In this document: piece by piece, positions 60,204-64,000 of the stretch | How positions within the stretch are numbered: the stretch's first letter is position 1 | How the letters are laid out: each line of letters begins with the position of its first letter | Source: an uncultured virus (IMG/VR IMGVR_UViG_3300045902_000133) | Lineage: Duplodnaviria > Heunggongvirae > Uroviricota > Caudoviricetes | Virus record (IMG/VR): IMGVR_UViG_3300045902_000133 | DNA: 64,000 bases | Direction: 5' to 3' (one strand) | Notes under the pieces: model-generated | Told to the model about the DNA's origin: nothing | Databases searched by the model: none | Seen by the model: only the letters and a program-made list of their open reading frames with translations | Made by a program: the position numbers and the translations under genes

Positions 60204-60435
60204 ACTGTAAATCATCGGCCCCACTAGATTTTTCGGTGGGGCCGATGGCGGCGTGTAACGACCGTGTAACAGACGGTTTTGACCCCTTCCATTCTGCCGA
60301 GAATGGGGTATGTTCATACTATACGACCAGAAGGCGTCTTTTGATTGGATCAGAGGGCTTGACGAAAAAGTTGTTATTGTGTAGATTTAGAAAGTAACCC
60401 AACCCGAACGGAAACCCCAAAAGAGGATACTCAAG

Positions 60436-61545
60436 ATGACTGCAACGAACGCTGTTCCTCCGATGATCGTCACCGACACCGGCATTACCATCTTTATTGA
60501 TGGTCAGGTGTTGGTTGCGCCGAACGATCATCCTAACTTCCAGGCCGTCAAGGATGCCATCGCTGCGTCCGATTTCGACAAGATTCCGGCACTGCTCGAT
60601 GTTCGCAGCGCGGTCAACCGTTATGTCGGTTCCGTGAACGCTCCTGGTTTCACGATGATCGGTGACTTCCTCGCGCTGGATGGTAAGCCGTTCACCTTTG
60701 AAGTGACTGAAAAGGTGCTCAACATGATTGCCGAGGGTCAGCCCGCCGAACCGATTTACAACTTCCTGCGCAAGGTTCGCCAGAACCCGCGAGTTGCTGC
60801 ACAGGACGAACTCTTGCTGTTCTGCGTCGCCAACAACTTCATGATCCACGCTGATGGTGATATCATCGCCTACAAGAGCGTGCGTGGAGACTACAAGGAC
60901 ATTCACTCCGGCACCATCCTCAACACGGTTGGTAGCGTGGTCCAGATGCCGCGTCAGGCGGTTGACGATGATCGCGACCGCACGTGCTCGACGGGTCTGC
61001 ATTTCGCCAGTTACGAATATGCGAGCACGTGGGCTGGCACGATTGATGGGGTGAACCTTCGCCTTGTCGTGATGAAGATCAATCCCGCCGATGTTGTCGC
61101 CATCCCGAGCGATTACAACAATCAGAAGGGTCGCACGTGGCGTTACGAGATCATCGCGGAAATCACGGGTCGGGGTGGCCCGCTGCCGAAGCGTGAGGTG
61201 TATACCAACAGCGATCTCGGCGTGACGAACAGCACGGATGTTAGTGAGAGTCGTTGGTCGGAGAGTGAAATCCAGCGCAAGAACGAAGTGCTCAAGGGTT
61301 GGCTCGAACGCCAGTCGGAAGTAGACCGTGAGATTGAGTCGATGCAGTCCGACCTCGATGACCTTTACGACCGCATCGCGAGGATCAACGATCTCGGCGG
61401 TGATGCGCCGGCGCTCGAGGATGAGGCCAACGACATGGAGAACGAGATCGGAGAACTCGCCGAGGAAAGTGGTCGCCTCGCAGACAAGATCGCTCGCATC
61501 GAGAATGAGATTCGCGATCTCGGCGGCGTTCCGGTCACGGCGTAA
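60436..61545 (+). CDS. rIIB-like protein with acidic coiled-coil tail
   Basis: HPNF, NP, DG.IIAYKSV, MPR..VDDD...CS.GLH, KINPADVVAIP.DY...KGR..RYEI. Confidence 0.82.
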   Translation: MTATNAVPPMIVTDTGITIFIDGQVLVAPNDHPNFQAVKDAIAASDFDKIPALLDVRSAVNRYVGSVNAPGFTMIGDFLALDGKPFTFEVTEKVLNMIAEGQPAEPIYNFLRKVRQNPRVAAQDELLLFCVANNFMIHADGDIIAYKSVRGDYKDIHSGTILNTVGSVVQMPRQAVDDDRDRTCSTGLHFASYEYASTWAGTIDGVNLRLVVMKINPADVVAIPSDYNNQKGRTWRYEIIAEITGRGGPLPKREVYTNSDLGVTNSTDVSESRWSESEIQRKNEVLKGWLERQSEVDREIESMQSDLDDLYDRIARINDLGGDAPALEDEANDMENEIGELAEESGRLADKIARIENEIRDLGGVPVTA

Positions 61546-61809
61546 TCACCAAGGAGTCCCCAATCGGGTTGGGGCAGAAAAAGGGCCGAGTCCAGAAATG
61601 GACTTGACCCTTTTTCGTTGGCGGGCGGCATGTAACGGAATTGTAACACCGCAAAAAGGGGCTTGATTGTGTTGGGGGATTGGGGTATTATTATAGTGTA
61701 ATGACTGACGAAAACAAAATCGAAATGGTTGACGGGTCGCCTCACAAAGCGTAAAAACCCCCGTCACCTTCCGATTAGACAAAACCCAACTCAAAAGAGG
61801 AAAACGAAC

Positions 61810-62103
61810 ATGACCGCAAAGGCTGCAAAGACCGTGAAGGCTCCGTCGGCCAAGGCGATGGCTCGCAAGCGCACGGTGCAGGAGCGTAAGTCGATTACCG
61901 CGCAGATCCGCTCGGCCGAGAAGATCGCCCGTTCTTTCGAGAAGGCGCGTGAGACTCTGACTGCCGAGGTGGCGAAGCTCAACGGCGATATCAAGACTCA
62001 GCTCGAGCAGGTTCTCGCACAGCTCGGCGTGGCCGCAACCATCGTCGATGCCGAGGTCGAGTCGCAGGCGGTTGCACTGGCTCGGACGTTCGTGAAGCGA
62101 TAA
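61810..62103 (+). CDS. Basic coiled-coil hypothetical protein
   Basis: AGAGG RBS. Follows a boxed promoter. Confidence 0.6.
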   Translation: MTAKAAKTVKAPSAKAMARKRTVQERKSITAQIRSAEKIARSFEKARETLTAEVAKLNGDIKTQLEQVLAQLGVAATIVDAEVESQAVALARTFVKR

Positions 62104-62509
62104 TCGCGTTCGTAATCAACTGTCGCCACAGACGGATGGATAATCCGAAGTAGCCTAAAGGCACGGTCGTTAGACCGCCGGGGAGTGTGACGGACAGGAA
62201 CCCATCCCTTCAGTTGATACACCTCCAGGTCGTGTCGCGGTGGCACGACCTGGAATCGTTTGCCCGACATGTAACATCCGTGTAACAACCTTCGTTGACC
62301 CATAAGCACCTGCTCAGCGACCTGAATGATCTTTCGCCGCCGAGCGATGATCCGTGGAACGAATAACTGGGGTTGCGCCCGCAGCCCCCTCCACAAACAC
62401 CAGTCAAAATGGTCACTCGCATTAACTTGCTGTCGGATCTGCCATATCAGGAAGCTGAAGATATGCCGATCTGCTGCTCGCCGGCGTCCGAAACATATTG
62501 GAGCATATA

Positions 62510-62908
62510 GTGCGCAAGACTTTCCTTGTCGTGTTCGGCGTGGATCTCGCCACCAAGCAACTCGCAACTTGGTGGTTGCCATCATTCGTAGTATACAACA
62601 CCGAGATAAGCAAGGTCGGTTTGAGCAACATCGGACATATCGTGTTGACCGTAATGCTCTGCTGGTTTTTTTGGGAGCTTGGTCAGCGACAGGACATTGC
62701 CAATATCAAGCCCTATGCTGCTACAGCGGTCGCTGGATCATTAGCTAATTTGGTGAGCTATGTATCAGATCCACCGGGTGTGCTTGATTTCATTCCCGTG
62801 CCTGGCATTGGCATTGCCAATTTCGCCGATTTTGCAATATGGGTCGGCACAATCGGTGTGGTCTATGTTGTTGCAAGACAAGCACTTACGCTACACGCCG
62901 GCGTGTAA
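62510..62908 (+). CDS. lspA: Lipoprotein signal peptidase II (LspA)-like membrane protein
   Basis: D.ATK, YN, G..ANL, VLDFI and NFADFAI with both catalytic-type Asp residues retained. Hydrophobic. Confidence 0.65.
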   Translation: MRKTFLVVFGVDLATKQLATWWLPSFVVYNTEISKVGLSNIGHIVLTVMLCWFFWELGQRQDIANIKPYAATAVAGSLANLVSYVSDPPGVLDFIPVPGIGIANFADFAIWVGTIGVVYVVARQALTLHAGV

Positions 62909-63190
62909 CGACCGTGTAACATGGGATTTGGGGGCTTGTGGTTTAGTCGCCTCTGGTGTATTATTTATTTAGAGTAAATGATGAACGGTGGTCACCAACC
63001 GAAATGGTGACGGACTCTTGACCAGGTATCAAGAGCGGCACCCGTGGTCCGTAACAAAAGTGTTACAAAAGTAAGCTTGACCTGAGACACCGAATGGGTT
63101 ATCTTACTAACGTTGATTGACAAACGAAACGAGTGTCCTGCCACCGACCGTCGGGACTAATGACGGCTCTCGCGTCCGTCGCTCGTTTAT

Positions 63191-63262
63191 GGCGCTATCG
63201 TCTAGTGGCTAGGACATGAGACTTTCAATCTCAGAACACGGGTTCGACTCCCGTTAGCGTCA
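63191..63262 (+). tRNA. tRNA-Glu(TTC)
   Basis: Acceptor GGCGCTA/TAGCGTC, anticodon arm TGAGA-CTTTCAA-TCTCA, T-loop TTCGACT. No encoded CCA. Confidence 0.9.
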
Positions 63263-63267
63263 CCTAT

Positions 63268-63331
63268 GGTCGATGGGTATGGATGGGTCATTCGTGGGTC
63301 ATCCGGACGAGTTCGAGTCTCGTTACGACCA
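63268..63331 (+). pseudogene. Degenerate tRNA-like element
   Basis: T-arm ACGAG-TTCGAGT-CTCGT and GGTCG/CGACC acceptor. D and anticodon arms are not canonical. Confidence 0.45.
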
Positions 63332-63495
63332 ATTCGATAAAGAGCTCGGCATCTCTGAAAACTGCCTATAAGAGAATGGCGCTGATACTCTTTAATAAAC
63401 TGCGCAAGTGGCTACCAGTGTGAACGGTGTTGGCGCACTAAGCACGCTCGGTAGAAGCGACCGATTTTGTATAGCGCCAAATATACATTATCGGA

Positions 63496-63564
63496 TATCA
63501 CATGGTCTAACGGATAGGACGGCCCCTGGGGGGGCAGATATGGGTTCGAGTCCCATTGTGATTA
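63496..63564 (+). pseudogene. tRNA-like element with collapsed anticodon loop
   Basis: Acceptor ATCACA/TGTGAT, intact D arm and T arm ATGGG-TTCGAGT-CCCAT. Anticodon arm GCCCC-TGGG-GGGGC has a 4-nt loop. Confidence 0.55.
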
Positions 63565-63832
63565 TAGCGGACATAGGAATTACCCGTCGGATGATCCGAC
63601 GCAGCCGATCTCGGCGATGTTTGACAATCGTTGTGTGTGATGCCTGGCCGCCCCAAGGAGGGGTCTGTGATCAGAAACCTGCCAGTTTCTGGTCACACAG
63701 GTTGAGCAGTGGCAGCTGCAATTAGCCATTAACATAAGGCAAAAATCCGGGAAACATCTGAATAGGCGAAACCCGGACATCACCACTATTCATCCTTAGA
63801 TCAGAGGTCGAGAAATTCTCGGGGTGATTTAC

Positions 63833-63905
63833 GCTTCGATAGCTCAATTGGCAGAGCAGCTGACTTTTAATCAGTAGGTTACAGGTTCGACTCCTGTTCG
63901 AAGCA
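63833..63905 (+). tRNA. tRNA-Lys(TTT)
   Basis: Acceptor GCTTCGA/TCGAAGC, anticodon arm CTGA-CTTTTAA-TCAG, T-loop TTCGACT. Confidence 0.92.
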
Positions 63906-64000
63906 CTAAAGGCTGGAATTACCCGCTGGGTTCATACAGTGCAGCCGAATGGCGGTTAGATAATCTCCTGTCCTTGCATAAAACTAACAACGCCAGTAAA

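Larger units (their letters stand above)
51910..62920 (+). promoter_or_regulatory. About 11 dispersed TGTAAC-N5-TGTAAC operator-like boxes upstream of sigma70-like promoters
   Basis: First hexamers at 51910, 52402, 54348, 55140, 55714, 56456, 57951, 60254, 61631, 62270 and 62904. All lie outside called genes except 62904, which overlaps the stop codon of the LspA-like gene. Confidence 0.85.

Noticed and set aside
63372..63420. Fluoride-riboswitch-like appearance
   Set aside because: Only a loose resemblance. The conserved 3' GCUGAUG and the pseudoknot are missing, and there is no downstream gene.
1..64000. Stop-codon reassignment
   Set aside because: Genes are full length in the standard code, and TAA, TAG and TGA all end well-packed ORFs.

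Overview
The window is a fragment of a large T4-like or jumbo phage genome, read almost entirely on the + strand in the standard genetic code. It has five parts. (1) 1-12.4 kb is a replication block: PolB C-terminus, Mom-like protein, sliding clamp, DUF4338-like protein, RFC-type clamp loader with a mini-intein, nuclease and GIY-YIG endonucleases. (2) 12.4-28.9 kb is a glycosylation island with many glycosyltransferases and methyltransferases, RibB, a kinase/nucleotidyltransferase/phosphatase trio, a transaldolase-family enzyme and an epimerase. (3) 28.9-44.8 kb holds nucleotide metabolism, probable virion and lysis genes, thyX with an endonuclease insertion, a MoxR/VWA pair and a ~690-nt structured non-coding RNA. 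(4) 44.8-51.8 kb is a repeat-rich junction with two GC-rich secreted Ig/lectin-like genes. (5) 51.9-64 kb is a GC-rich probable early region (rIIA/rIIB-like, GP88-like, LspA-like) leading into a tRNA cluster. The most notable candidate system is a receiver-less PhoB/OmpR winged-helix domain fused to a probable capsid-targeting N-terminus, together with about 11 Pho-box-like TGTAAC-N5-TGTAAC sites, most at a fixed distance from sigma70-like promoters in the early region. The genome also carries PlcP-like and Agt-like lipid-remodelling genes. Other highlights are a covarying pseudoknot leader on two homing endonuclease genes, a self-repairing thyX insertion and a duplicated RNA motif behind tRNAs. 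All family calls come from motif recognition by eye; no database searches were run.
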